A stretch of DNA of 64,000 nt, from the NCBI GenBank assembly GCA_035193785.1, contig CP136572.1, positions 5,117,706-5,181,705 of the forward strand, written 5' to 3'. Positions 22,528 to 34,319 of this stretch are shown one piece after another (positions within the stretch are counted from its first letter, which is position 1; each line of letters opens with the position of its first letter). Both the position numbers and the translations under genes were made by a program. Source of the stretch: Planktothrix sp. GU0601_MAG3. Its GTDB lineage: Bacteria > Cyanobacteriota > Cyanobacteriia > Cyanobacteriales > Microcoleaceae. The notes beneath the pieces were generated by a model. The model did not search any database. It was not told where the DNA came from and saw only the letters and a list, made by a program, of their open reading frames with translations.

Positions 22528-25500
22528 TTAGGTTTTACCCTCAACTATTTTAATTTCTGCTTCTGTTAATCCATATAATTCATAAACCAGTTGGTCTATT
22601 TGTTGTTCTAATATTGTTGTATCTGCATTTGGGTTAGATTTTTTGGCGGTGATGATTTGATCAACTAATTTTTCTAATAACAATTCTTCAGTTTCCGTAG
22701 GTTTCTTTAATAGGTAACATTTCAATTTTATACTTTTTCCATCTATTTGTACCCATTCCTGTGGTAGTTGAAATTTGGTTAAAGTACCATTCTGATAATC
22801 TTGAATTTAGAATTGCTAACAAATACTTAAGTTTTTCACCCGTCATCAAAAAGGTAGTAACTTCAGCATAATAGTTAGAGTCATCAAAAGCAAATTTAGG
22901 TTGATCAGAAATCTCACCCCAAACGATTTTAGGTTTTTCAAAATCTTTCCAGTAAGCAATAGAATCTTGGGTTTCAAACCATTGATTATTTGTCTTTTTT
23001 CTACTACCTTCAATACCAGACTGCTCTAACCTTTTTCTTCCAATTTTTTCAAAATAAGCCATAATAGCTGGATAATTTTTAATATCTAAAGCTAGACTAG
23101 GGAATGTACCTATTACCCATTGACTTGAAAAAGTATAACTATATTTTTTTAAATCTCTACCTCTTAAAATTGGCTGAATTATTTCAGCAGAATTAAAACT
23201 TTCAGAGATTAATTTATTTTTAGTTTCCTCATTTATAATAAAAGCCGCGTTTAGTCCAGTAAGTAAACCTCTATTAATATTAATATTAAATTCTTTTAAT
23301 ATTTTAGAAGATTGCTCTATTTTTGATTTTAAATCAGTTGTTTTTATATTACCTATAATCCATTCTGATCTACTAGGTATTTTAAATTGAAAACAGTTTT
23401 TATCAAAATACTCATCTAATGAAGAAACCGATAAGATAATTATTCGTTAGACTAGCAACATCAAAATATTCATTTACTTTATCTTTTTTGAGAATTATGA
23501 TATTTGATTCAACAGTTGCTTCTTCAAAAATTTGAATGTCTTCAATATTTAATAAAGTCTGAGGTTGCATATTTTCAATGAAATATTTCTTTAGTGAATC
23601 ACCATAAATAGTTTTTAACCAAGAATTAGAAGTAATGTAAGCTAAAAATCCTCTTTTTCTCAAAACACAATTTCCTTTTTCATAAAACAAGCAATAAATA
23701 TCTGAAACCTTTGTATATGTCTGATAGTTATTCTCAAAATAAGCAGTTTGATATTTTTCCTTGATTTTGGATAGAGAAAAATAAGGAGGATTTCCAATCA
23801 CAACATCAAAACCGATAAACTTTCCCTCATCATCCAAAATTTCAGGAAACTCAAACCGCCATTCAAAAGCATGATCATAAATTTTACCGCTTTCGATTTC
23901 CTCAATTTCTACCCTTAACTTATCAATCTCATTATTCAACTTAACAATTTTTTTCTCCCGCGTTTTTTGTTCGGTTTTAGTTTCCTCAAATAGCGAAAGT
24001 TGATTCTCTAAATTATAAATTTCTCCCTCTAACTGTCTTAATTTAGTTTTCTTGGGGTCAATTCCTTGAAGTGTGGTTTTAAAATCACCTTTAATGGTAT
24101 TCATTAACTTTTCCATCTTTCGCTTTTGCTGTTTATTTTCAGCATGGCGATAGGTTTGGACAGCGTTTTGATAGGTTTCAATATCAATACTATTTTTCTT
24201 TAACGCTGGTTTTAAATCCGCATCCAAGGGAAAACGACTAATTAAAGAGTTACCGTGCTTGATATTAATATCAATATTCGGTAGGGTTTCCAATTCCGTG
24301 TAATTACTCTCCTCTTTATAATAGGCATTTTTTAACAATTCTATCCATAACCGTAACCGACAAATTTTAACCGAGTTCGGGTTAATATCCACCCCCAATA
24401 AACAATTTTCGATAATCGTTTGCTTTTCGTGAAATAGAGTTTCTTGGATGCGTTGACTTTCCCGATTTTGCGGCGTATAGCTAAAGGGTTTATTATCTTC
24501 ATCGGTGATGATTAATTCATCATTTTCTACAATAACTTGATATTCTTTTAATCGTCTCCCGTTTTTATCCTGTAAAATTTTCAGATCATTTTTAATCGCA
24601 ATAATTTCATTCAACGCTGACACCAAAAAATGTCCCGAAACCCACCGCCGGATCACAAATTTTTAGACTATTAATAATTTGATTTGCTTCGGTTCTATCT
24701 TCTATTTTATCATATAAATCATCAATAGTTTGGCAATTCCAACCTTTAATTTCATTAAATTTCTGGACAACAGCTTTCCGCAAAGTTTCCCGACACATAT
24801 ACATGGTAATAAAACCCGGGGTAAAATATGACCCGTCTTGATAACCGTTAATCTTCTCAAAAATTAGTCCTAAAACCGAAGCGTTAATTAGGGTTTTCTG
24901 ATCTTCCTGAATTCCTTCTGACCCTTCGCTACTAAAATCATAAGCATCGAGAAACTCAAATAAATATTGTAGGGTATTCAGTTCTCCCGTGCGTTTATTT
25001 CCGTTAGCATCTTTTAAAACAGTTGTTGATAAAATCGGGAGTTTTTCGGCTCTCAGATTACTAATAACTAGGGTTTGATGTTCGAGTTCGGTGGGTTCAA
25101 ATAGGGAACTATTCAGATAGGGAACATGAGAAAATATCTTGTTTATATCGGGCTTTCTCTCACTAGATTTAACCGCTAATACCTGAAAAAATAACCGATC
25201 CAAATCATCAAAATTATGGATTTTATCTAAATTTAAAAAGGCAAAATTGCGATAGGCTCCGCCTCGACATTCGCCTTTATGGTAACTAATTAGTTGAGAT
25301 TCTAATAATTTTAAGAATAAAATCCGGTTGATCCAGGTAATTGATAACTCTAAAGCAATATTAAAAACCTGGTCAGGTGCAGTTTCTCCAAATTGTTCGG
25401 GTTTTTCTATTCGGGAAATTTTATCTAAACTATCGAGTTGTAAAATAGCATTTTCTAGCAGTGAAGCTGGATTTCTTTGTGCTTCGGGTTGACGTTTGAT

Positions 25501-26313
25501 CAGTTTTTTATTCTTTTCTTTGGTTTCTGTTAGACCGATCAGATGGAGTAATTCACTATAAAAGCCTTTATCCAGGGTATTGCTATCATTAGCAGTCGGT
25601 AATTTTAATAAATGTTGCGGGGAAAGTAACTTAAATAAAGCGATTAGTTTTTCATCATTTTCGGGTTTATCATCTCTAACAAATGCTTCATAGTCTTGAA
25701 TATTAAAATAAGTGAATTGTAGTTCATTTTTAATCTTTTCTATGGCAGGTTTAGCAATTTCTTTATAGAAAAAATCGGTAGTTTTACCCGTTAAGCGTCC
25801 GGCGGTAAAATCTTCAAATTGTTTAATAATCTGTTTATTATCACAAAAGTATTTCTCAAAAATCTGGGCATCAAAAATAAACCATTCATTAATATTAGTA
25901 GCAATTAAATATTTAATTTCTAGGTTATTATTGGTAATTCGTTCTCTCAAAAAATATAAAACCAACTCTTGTAAGGCTTTAGCGTTCAGGTTTTCAACCT
26001 TAACCATTTCTGCTTTATTTTTGGGTTTCTTAACTTCCAAAATAATCCCAACGGGGCTTTGAGGATTTTTTTGATTATGAATAACAAGGTCGTTGCGTTC
26101 TTTGGTATTAATAAAAAATTCAGGACTATAATAGGTATTTTTCAGGAAATCAGCCATGAGATTTTTATGAAATTCTTCTGATTCCTTCTCATTGATTTGT
26201 TCAAGGAGATTAATCAAATTAGTCTTGAATTTTTCAATATCGCTGCGGCTGACTTTAACCTTCAGAAACGCTTTATTTAATGATTCTCTGGGGCATTTGG
26301 GGTGATTGTTCAT
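22528..26313 (-). CDS. Type IIG restriction-modification enzyme (nuclease-MTase-TRD); frameshifts near 24640, 23425 and 22700
   Basis: N-terminal NDLVIH...ILEVKK (PD-D/ExK-like), DPAVG, GNPPY, KPKIVW..ISD TRD; likely start MNNHPK at 26313. Confidence 0.88.
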
Positions 26314-26411
26314 GATCAAAACCTGAAGAAACAAGACCGAGCATCGTTTCCCAGGCTGAAGCCAGAGAATGACTAGAGGAGGTTCAACCTCCGAATTAAT
26401 TCTACATCCCA

Positions 26412-26478
26412 AAGAAACCGGGTTTCTGTGTTGATACGGCCAACCCACCCAGAAACTTGTTGAGAAACCCGGTTTCTG
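26412..26478. repeat. Paired AGAAACC(C/G)GGTTTCT palindromes
   Basis: agaaaccgggtttct and agaaacccggtttct; similar agaaaccaggtttct near 37553-37567. Confidence 0.7.
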
Positions 26479-26551
26479 ACTCTATATATTATATACATAC
26501 TCCTAAATGTAACGAAATATTACAAAAATGCCGTCATAGAGGCATAACGTC

Positions 26552-26580
26552 TTGACATCTGGAAAAAGGTTCGTTATCTT
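26552..26580 (+). promoter_or_regulatory. Sigma70-type promoter of the RHH-ycf46-ycf35 operon
   Basis: TTGACA-17 bp-TATCTT, 35 bp upstream of the ATG at 26616. Confidence 0.6.
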
Positions 26581-26615
26581 GAGACACATACCCGGGTACA
26601 CAAGTTCACAGTCTT

Positions 26616-26966
26616 ATGCAAAATAAGCAAAAAGTTACTCTCTATATTCCGCCGGAACTGCATCGCAAATTAAAAATAAAAGCGGCAGTTGAATCAGAGC
26701 CGATGTCGTCCATTGCTGAACGGGCAATTGTTTTTTACCTAAACAATTCCGAATTGGTAGATGAAGTGGAGGCATCCTATGGACAAACCCATCGGGTTTA
26801 CTCCTGTCCAGACTGTTCCAGTTCGATCATTATTAAGGGCGGGGAATTAGCCTCATTAAGAGAGCAACCCAGCATTAATAACGATGATGAACTATCAGTC
26901 GGGTCTGTGAGAGAAATGGAATCTAGCACGGCCCAACCAGGAGAAGAAGAACTGGTTCCCTGCTAA
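26616..26966 (+). CDS. Ribbon-helix-helix protein with CxxC motif
   Basis: KVTLYIPPELHRKLKIKAAVESEPMSSIAERAI; CPDC. Confidence 0.75.
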   Translation: MQNKQKVTLYIPPELHRKLKIKAAVESEPMSSIAERAIVFYLNNSELVDEVEASYGQTHRVYSCPDCSSSIIIKGGELASLREQPSINNDDELSVGSVREMESSTAQPGEEELVPC

Positions 26967-27039
26967 ATCCCTAGCTTCATCGGAGGTTGGGACTAGCAGA
27001 TTCTGTAAACGTTACACCGTCTCTATTGGATCGAGGACT

Positions 27040-28561
27040 ATGCAAGAAGAACTCAGTATCTTAATTGAAGCCCGATATCCTCTGATCTACCTCGTTACTT
27101 CCGAGGAAGAGCGGTCTGAGCAGGCTATAGCCAAAATCGCACAAGCCAAGCGCCAGAGAGAGGTTTATGTGTGGACAGTCACTCGCGGTTTAGTCAAATA
27201 CGATCAGACGAGAACGGCGGTTCAATCTAATACAGTCTCTCCGCAAGCGGCGATTGAGTGGGCGATTCGGCACAAAGAGCCTAACGTAAGCGGAAGTATC
27301 TATATATTTAAAGATTTGCATCCCTTCAAGGATTCCCCTGAAGTGACCCGGTGTTTGCGGGATGCGATCGCCAGTTTCAAAGGCACAAATAAGACCATCA
27401 TCTTAATGTCGCCGATCCAATCTATTCCTATCGAGCTAGAGAAAGAAGTTGTGGTTCTGGACTTCGCTCTACCCGATATGAAGGAAACTGAATCTGGTAT
27501 TAACCTCCCAACTGGAGCAAGCCCGGTCTCGACGTTTAACCACCGAAGGACGAGAAAAGCTGCTCAAAGCCGCTTTAGGCTTAACCCAGGATGAGGCGGA
27601 AAAAGTCTACCGGAAAGCCCAAGTCACCGCCGGACATCTGACGGAAGACGAAGTGGGTGTTGTTCTCACCGAAAAGAAACAACTAATTCGACGCAATGGC
27701 ATCTTAGAATACATTGATGTCGATGAAACCATCGATTCCGTAGGCGGTTTAGAAGAACTGAAACGCTGGTTACACCAACGTTCCAACGCCTTCACCGAAA
27801 GAGCCAGGGAATATGGTCTACCTCAACCCAAGGGGATGTTAATTTTAGGGATACCCGGATGCGGAAAGTCCCTGATTGCTAAAACCACCTCTCGGTTATG
27901 GGGATTACCCCTACTCCGGTTAGATATGGGTCGGGTGTATGACGGTTCCATGGTGGGCCGTTCCGAAGCCAACCTAAGAAACGCCTTAAAGACGGCCGAA
28001 TCAATCTCCCCCGTGATTTTATTTATCGACGAACTAGATAAATCCTTTGCGGGCAGTGGCGGATCAGCAGATTCCGATGGGGGCACCTCTAGCCGTATAT
28101 TTGGGTCATTCCTGACCTGGATGCAGGAAAAAAGCTCTCCCGTATTTGTGATGGCAACGGCCAACCGCGTCGAACGCCTGCCGGGGGAATTCCTGAGAAA
28201 AGGTCGATTTGATGAGATCTTCTTTGTGGATTTACCCACCCAAGAAGAACGCCAAGATATTTTTAAAATTCATCTGTCCAAACGTCGTCGGGAAATCGAA
28301 CGCTTCGACATAGAACAACTGTCTAAGGTTTCCGAAGGCTTTTCTGGAGCAGAAATTGAGCAGGCCGTAATCGCTTCGATGTACGAAGCCTTTGCTCAAG
28401 ACCGCGAGTTTACGCAGCTTGATATCATTGCCGCGATTAAGTCCACCCTGCCCTTGTCCAAGACCATGAACGAACAGGTCACCGCACTACGAGATTGGGC
28501 AAGACAGCGTGCACGTCCGGCTGCGTCCTCCGTCGCTGAATATCAGCGCATGGAGTTCTAA
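27040..28561 (+). CDS. ycf46: Ycf46-family AAA ATPase; frameshift near 27487
   Basis: ARYPLIYL.T.EEER, GIPGCGKS, FIDELDK, ATAN, RKGRFDEIFFVDLP. Confidence 0.9.
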
Positions 28562-28713
28562 AGGCTTACTCCTAGTCCAAATAGGAGTTAAGGCTAGTCC
28601 CCAAAATAGACTAGCAGTTCCCAAAACCAAAAAAAAGCCGTCCCCTTATAAAGACGGCACTGATTCTAACCAAACCGTTGTTGTTTCGTTTTCAGTTCAC
28701 GGAGGATACCGAA

Positions 28714-29067
28714 ATGTCTCACTTTAGCACACTGCGTACTAAAATTGCCGATTCCGAAATCCTGAAAGCTTCTCTAAGTGATCTTGGTATTAGTACCAAA
28801 ACTAATGCTGATGTCCGTGGCTATAATGGCCAACGGGTTCGTGCTGACTTAGTTGCAGTCCTTGAAGGCGAATATGACCTCGGTTGGTCTCGCAATAGCG
28901 ATGGTACTTTCGATTTAATTGCTGATTTGTGGGGTGTTGCCAAAAAACACAACCAAACCGAACTGATCAACTCTATTAACCAAAAATACGCCGTTAACAA
29001 GACCTTAGCTGATGTCAAACAGCGCGGTCTACAAAACGCCAACGTGAAATTGGTTGTCCAAAAATAG
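28714..29067 (+). CDS. ycf35: Ycf35 / DUF1257 protein
   Basis: MSHFSTLRTKI...YDLGW...FDLIADLW...INQKYA; follows ycf46. Confidence 0.85.
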   Translation: MSHFSTLRTKIADSEILKASLSDLGISTKTNADVRGYNGQRVRADLVAVLEGEYDLGWSRNSDGTFDLIADLWGVAKKHNQTELINSINQKYAVNKTLADVKQRGLQNANVKLVVQK

Positions 29068-29090
29068 TTGGTCTAAGCGTTCCCAAGCTT

Positions 29091-29130
29091 GCGGGTTAAC
29101 CTAAATTTATAGGGGTTGACCCGTTTTTCT
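29091..29130 (+). terminator. Intrinsic terminator
   Basis: gcgggttaacc...ggttgacccgt followed by a T-run. Confidence 0.7.
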
Positions 29131-29221
29131 ATTTGCAACTCGATCAATTTATAGGGTATCTTAGTAATATTCAATATGGTGGATCGGTAATCTACTACTA
29201 AAAAAAACGTAGCAAATTCTC

Positions 29222-29902
29222 ATGCAAACTGAAGCTTTTAGCGAGCTTTTTCCACTATTCAAAGGGGCCAATCCTGAAACATTAGAATGGCTGCTATCCG
29301 TTGCTGTCAAACATGAATATCCGGCTGATAGGGCGGTAGTCATGGAGGATGCTTGGGGAAATGCAGTCTATTTTGTCGTTTCTGGGTGGGTGAAAGTCCG
29401 ACGCTTATCCGGGGATGAAGTTGTCACATTAGCCATTTTGGGGCGAGGAGATTTCTTTGGGGAAATGGCGATTTTAGATGAATCTCCCCGGGCTAATGAT
29501 GTGATCGCCCTATCCTCGGTGCGATTAATTAGTGTTTCGGCCCAACGCTTTATCCAGACGCTGTTTAAAGATCCCCAACTTCACCATAGAATGTTGCAGT
29601 TGATGGTGCGTCGTTTACGTCAAACCAACCAACGGTATCAAATTCGTCACCGACCTCCGGCGGTTAAACTCGCCAATACCCTGGTAGAATTAGCTGAAAA
29701 TTATGGTCAGCCCACGGAAAAAGGGGCGGATATTTTTAATATTCCTTTCCAAGATTTAGCGGATGTTACGGATATTTCCTTGGAAGAAATAACTAAAATT
29801 ATGGATAAAATTATGAGTAAAGGTTGGATGAATATTGATGAAGAACGACAAGTCATTCATTTACTCAATCTCAAACATTTAAACCATCTTTCTAGCCAAT
29901 AA
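29222..29902 (+). CDS. Crp/Fnr family transcriptional regulator
   Basis: GDFFGEMAILDESPR cNMP-binding domain plus C-terminal HTH. Confidence 0.9.
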   Translation: MQTEAFSELFPLFKGANPETLEWLLSVAVKHEYPADRAVVMEDAWGNAVYFVVSGWVKVRRLSGDEVVTLAILGRGDFFGEMAILDESPRANDVIALSSVRLISVSAQRFIQTLFKDPQLHHRMLQLMVRRLRQTNQRYQIRHRPPAVKLANTLVELAENYGQPTEKGADIFNIPFQDLADVTDISLEEITKIMDKIMSKGWMNIDEERQVIHLLNLKHLNHLSSQ

Positions 29903-30021
29903 ATCCAAAACATTCAACGCTAAAATTCAGCGTTCTTAAATTTCCCCTTCTGTTTAACGGTATATTCAGTTCACGGGGGGGAAATTATTGTTTATTAACA
30001 AATTTTTTAGCTATAAAAATT

Positions 30022-31810
30022 ATGACTGAAGCGACTCAAACCCTGGCTTATAATCAAGCTACAATTACTCCTAAATTACGTTATTGGGTAGCCCTTTCCA
30101 AACCCGAATCCCATTTATTTGAAGTCACCCTACGCATTCAAAAAGATATTATTTCCTCCTCCGTATTAGATTTAAAAATGCCCGTTTGGACTCCGGGCTC
30201 TTATTTAGTGCGAGAATATTCCCGACATTTACAGGATTTGGGTGTTTGTGATCAGGATGGAAACCCTTTAAATTGGCAAAAAATTAGTAAAAATCATTGG
30301 CAAATTCAAACTAATTCCGCCACAGAAATCACCGTTTATTATCGAATTTTTGCCAACGAATTAAGTGTAAGAACTAATCATTTAGATGCTTCCCATGGTT
30401 ATTTTAATGGGGCGGCTTTATTTTTATATGTCCCAGGCTATGAACAACAACCAATTCAAGTTACCATAGAAACCCCCAAAAATTGGACAGTTAGCACAAC
30501 TTTACCAACCCTTTCCCATCAACCCAATACATTTTATGCTGATGATTTTGATACCTTAGTTGATAGTCCCTTTGAAATTGGAACCCATCGTTTATATGAA
30601 TTTGAAGTCGAAGGAAAACCCCATCAATTAGCGATTTGGGGCGAAGGAAATCTTGATCCTGAAAGGTTAATTACGGATTTCCAAAAAGTTATCGCCGTCG
30701 AATCGGAATTATTTGGAGGACTACCTTATAAACGTTATTTGTTTTTATTACATCTTTCTAATCATGGTTTTGGCGGCTTAGAACATAAAGAGTCTTGCTC
30801 TTTAATTTATTCTCGATTTGGCTTCCGTAGCCCCGATAAATATAATCGATTTATGCAGTTAGTCGCCCATGAATTTTTCCATTTATGGAACGTTAAACGC
30901 ATTCGTCCGAAAGCCTTAGAAGTGTTTGATTATGAACAGGAAAACTATACTCCCTCCCTGTGGTTTTCCGAAGGAACCACCAGCTATTATGATATGGTAA
31001 TTCCCTATCGGGCGGGAATTTTTGATGTTAAGGGCTTTTTTCATGCCATTTCCAAAGAAATTACCCGTCTACAAACCACTCATGGGCGGTTAGTTTCAAC
31101 CCCTAAGTGAATCAAGTTGGGATACTTGGATTAAACTTTATCGACGAGAATCCCATAGCGATAATAACCAAATTTCCTATTATTTAAAAGGAGAATTAGT
31201 TTCATTTTTACTAGATTTGTTAATTCGAGAAAAACATGGAAATTCCCGTTCTCTGGATGATGTGATGCGTCAAATGTGGGAAACCTTTGGTCAACCAGAA
31301 ATTGGCTTTACTCCCGAACAATTAGAACAGATTATCGAGTCCGTTGCTGAAACATCTTTAAGCGATTTTTTCCAACAATATTTGTATGGAATTACCGAAC
31401 TACCCTATAATGAATATTTAGAACCCTTTGGTTTACAAATAGTTGCAGAAACCACCGACGAAACCCCCTATTTAGGCTGTAAAGTTGCGTCAGAAAAAGG
31501 CAGAGAAATCATCAAATTTGTAGAAACAGATAGTCCCGCAGAAACCGCCGGATTAGATATTAATGATGAACTTTTAGCTTTAAATGGCTTTAAAGTCACC
31601 TCCGACCAATTCCACGAACGCCTAAAAGATTACAAACCTGGAGATATAGTAGAATTAACATTTTTTCATCAAGATTTATTGCGAACTTGTCAAGTTACCC
31701 TGACCAATCCCCATCCTAATCATTACAAAATTGTTTCCGTGGCGCAACCCACCCCCCAACAAAAACGAAACTTTGAAGGTTGGTTAGGCTGTCCCTATCA
31801 CAAATTATAA
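30022..31810 (+). CDS. M61 family glycyl aminopeptidase with PDZ domain; frameshift near 31095
   Basis: MPVWTPGSY, GGLEH, AHEFFHLWN, WFSEGTTSY; SPAETAGL PDZ. Confidence 0.92.
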
Positions 31811-31850
31811 CCCTCCCACAAGCGATGAAATCTTTTCTTCCCATTACCTA

Positions 31851-31931
31851 TCACGGATTGAAGATGATGACGCAGATTAACACAGATTAAAATCCGTGAA
31901 ATCCGTGAAATCCTCTTAAATCCGTGATCCC
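31851..31931. repeat. Dispersed palindromic repeat (ATCACGGATT...AATCCGTGAT), copy 1
   Basis: Shared with 33434-33513 and 49545-49794. Confidence 0.85.
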
Positions 31932-31982
31932 TATTCCCTTCTATATGAGATGATTAGGGGGAAATATTCACAGGTTAGGTTA

Positions 31983-32463
31983 ATGGAAGTCCCGCCGCCG
32001 CCTTCAATTACACCCCGTCAAATGAATCTTTTGCGGGTTGTCGCATCAATGGCTTGGTCAGATGGAGAATTAGCTACTGAAGAAGTTAATGTGATGCTAG
32101 ATCAGTTTAGCCGTTTGTTTGGAAAACAGGAACAACAACAGCAGGAACTTCAACAGGAATTAAGGGATTATTTAATGCAAAATATCCCCCTAGAGGAGTT
32201 AATTCCTAAACTGGAAACCCGAGCAGAAAGGGAAACTGGTACTAATTTTAGGATACGAAGTAATTAACTCCAGTTCTCGTACCCCGGATGAACCTAAAAT
32301 TAACCCCGAAGAAGCCGCCGCCTATCAAAAATTATTAGACTTGCTGAATCTTCCTTCCGAGGTGGTTCAACGCTTAGAAGTTGGGATGGATAATCCCTCT
32401 CATTCTAAAGCAGAACTAATTGAAACCATTACTCGTAAATTAGGAGAGTTTATTCACAAATAA
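31983..32463 (+). CDS. TerB-like protein; frameshift near 32235
   Basis: LRVVASMAWSDGELATEE; continuation ...INPEEAAAYQKLLDLL. Confidence 0.75.
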
Positions 32464-32541
32464 AAGATGTTTAATAGATGGGGGATAACTTCTAAATCCC
32501 CTTTATATTTTCTAGGGTAAAATCGCATTATCAAATTAAAA

Positions 32542-33366
32542 ATGTCAAATTCCATGAATGACATCGCTAAACAAGCCCACAATGGTCATGTTGCAGCTAT
32601 CATTGAAATTCTCAATCAACAAATGGCAGATTTAGGGGTAACTAATCGGGCTATTTTTATCAATGATGTATTGCAATTGCTGTGTGAAGCGAGAAATGCT
32701 GAATCCTTAGAAAAATCAATTATTATTAGTAAAGTTCGTCAGATTTTAGAATCAATTGTACCGCGTAATATTCGTCGAGTTCGGATTAATAGTCGCCTTC
32801 GACAGGAAAAACAGTTACTCTGGTTAGAGGATATTACTCAAGATCCAGAAAATCAACTATTATGGTCTGAAGAAATTACCCTTAAAAAACCTAATATTTT
32901 CAATAAAATTCCAGGTTCAAATCAAAGTTATTCCCCCCTTAGACCCTTATCAACGGAACCGAAAGCTGGTCAATTACAACAAAATTTAATTTGGGCTGTG
33001 GCTGTCACCGTAGTATTAATATTAATGGGATTTCTTCTGTACAATGCGTTACAATTTCAACTCTTAGAATCCCTAAAATCTCAGCCCCAAACCGATATAA
33101 AATCATCTCCTAAACCACCAGAAACCCTATCTTCTACCCAACTATTTAGTCAGGGAGTAAAAATCGCAGAAGAAGCCGCCGCCGAGGGGAAATTTGCTGA
33201 TACCCGTCAAGAATGGTTAGAAATCGCTCAGAAATGGCAGCAAGCCGCCGATTATATGGAAGCGGTTTCTCCCGATTTTGAACGCTATGCCACCGCCCAA
33301 AATCGGGCTGCATTATATCGTCGCAATCAAGAAACAAGCCCAAGGAGAAGCCGATGCCATGAATAA
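32542..33366 (+). CDS. Hypothetical single-pass membrane protein
   Basis: Central TM segment, helical C-terminus (W..IA.KW..A). Confidence 0.7.
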   Translation: MSNSMNDIAKQAHNGHVAAIIEILNQQMADLGVTNRAIFINDVLQLLCEARNAESLEKSIIISKVRQILESIVPRNIRRVRINSRLRQEKQLLWLEDITQDPENQLLWSEEITLKKPNIFNKIPGSNQSYSPLRPLSTEPKAGQLQQNLIWAVAVTVVLILMGFLLYNALQFQLLESLKSQPQTDIKSSPKPPETLSSTQLFSQGVKIAEEAAAEGKFADTRQEWLEIAQKWQQAADYMEAVSPDFERYATAQNRAALYRRNQETSPRRSRCHE

Positions 33367-33433
33367 TTAGGCCATCGGTAATTCAGAAAGCCGAATAAAT
33401 GATTACTCCTATTATTTATAAAACCCAAAAACC

Positions 33434-33513
33434 ATCACGGATTTAAAAGGATTACGCAGATTAACACAGATTAAAATCCGTGAAATCCGTGAAATCCTCT
33501 TAAATCCGTGATC
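33434..33513. repeat. Dispersed palindromic repeat, copy 2 (overlaps the znuC stop)
   Basis: atcacggatt...acgcagattaacacagattaaaatccgtgaaatccgtgaaatcctcttaaatccgtgatcc. Confidence 0.85.
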
Positions 33514-34297
33514 CATATTCCCTATTCCCTCCATAGGTTTTTTCTAACATTTTTTGGGTAATTTGTTGTTCTCCATGATAGTGTAAACTTCGATTCAAAC
33601 AGCCAATAGTTTTGACATAAGAAGACATGGTATTAATATCATGGGTAATCATTAAAATTGTCATATATTCATTTAATTTTGATAATAACTCATAGATATT
33701 CGCGCACATTTTTGGGTCAACACTAGCGGTGGGTTCATCTAAGAGTAAAATTTGGGGTTCACTGGCCAAGGCTCTAGCAATAAAAACCCGTTGTCTTTGT
33801 CCTCCCGAAAGTTCACCAATGGCGCGATTTTTTAAATCTAACATTTCGACTTTTTCTAAAGCCTGAATCACAATTTCTTCATCTTTTTTTGTATAGGGTT
33901 GAAATAAATGGCGATTTCCTAACCGTCCCATTCGTACCACTTCATCTACCCGGACGGGAAAATTGCGATCAAATTCTAAAATTTGAGGGACATAACCTAA
34001 ATAACGCCGTCCCTTACTAACAGAATGACCCATAATTTTAACATCCCCTTTCAGGGGTTTTAGTAGTCCTAAAAGCACCTTAATTAATGTGGTTTTTCCT
34101 CCCCCATTAGGGCCAATTAATCCAATAAAATCCAATTCATTAACCGTTAAGTTAATTCCCTCTAAAATTGGTTCCTGGGTATCATAACCCGCCCAGACTT
34201 CCCTCAAGCGGATGACTTCATTTTTTTGACAACTTTGTGGGGATAATTCTTGAGGATTTTTCACGGATGTAAATGTAAATTCAGGAAGTAAAATCAT
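33500..34297 (-). CDS. znuC: Zn/Mn ABC transporter ATP-binding protein
   Basis: GPNGGGKT, GYVPQ, LSGGQRQR, LDEPT, THD; adjacent to a metal-binding protein. Confidence 0.85.
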   Translation of the reverse strand: MILLPEFTFTSVKNPQELSPQSCQKNEVIRLREVWAGYDTQEPILEGINLTVNELDFIGLIGPNGGGKTTLIKVLLGLLKPLKGDVKIMGHSVSKGRRYLGYVPQILEFDRNFPVRVDEVVRMGRLGNRHLFQPYTKKDEEIVIQALEKVEMLDLKNRAIGELSGGQRQRVFIARALASEPQILLLDEPTASVDPKMCANIYELLSKLNEYMTILMITHDINTMSSYVKTIGCLNRSLHYHGEQQITQKMLEKTYGGNREYGSRI

Positions 34298-34319
34298 GGT
34301 AAAAAAATAAAAAATTAAA

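Noticed and set aside
22528..26313. Phase variation or pseudogenisation of the full RM gene by frameshifts
   Set aside because: The break I traced (near 24640) is the same single-base insertion type seen in essential genes across the window and is not in a long simple-sequence tract
26508..26524. Possible NtcA site upstream of the ycf46 operon
   Set aside because: The spacing is GTA-N9-TAC, not the canonical GTA-N8-TAC
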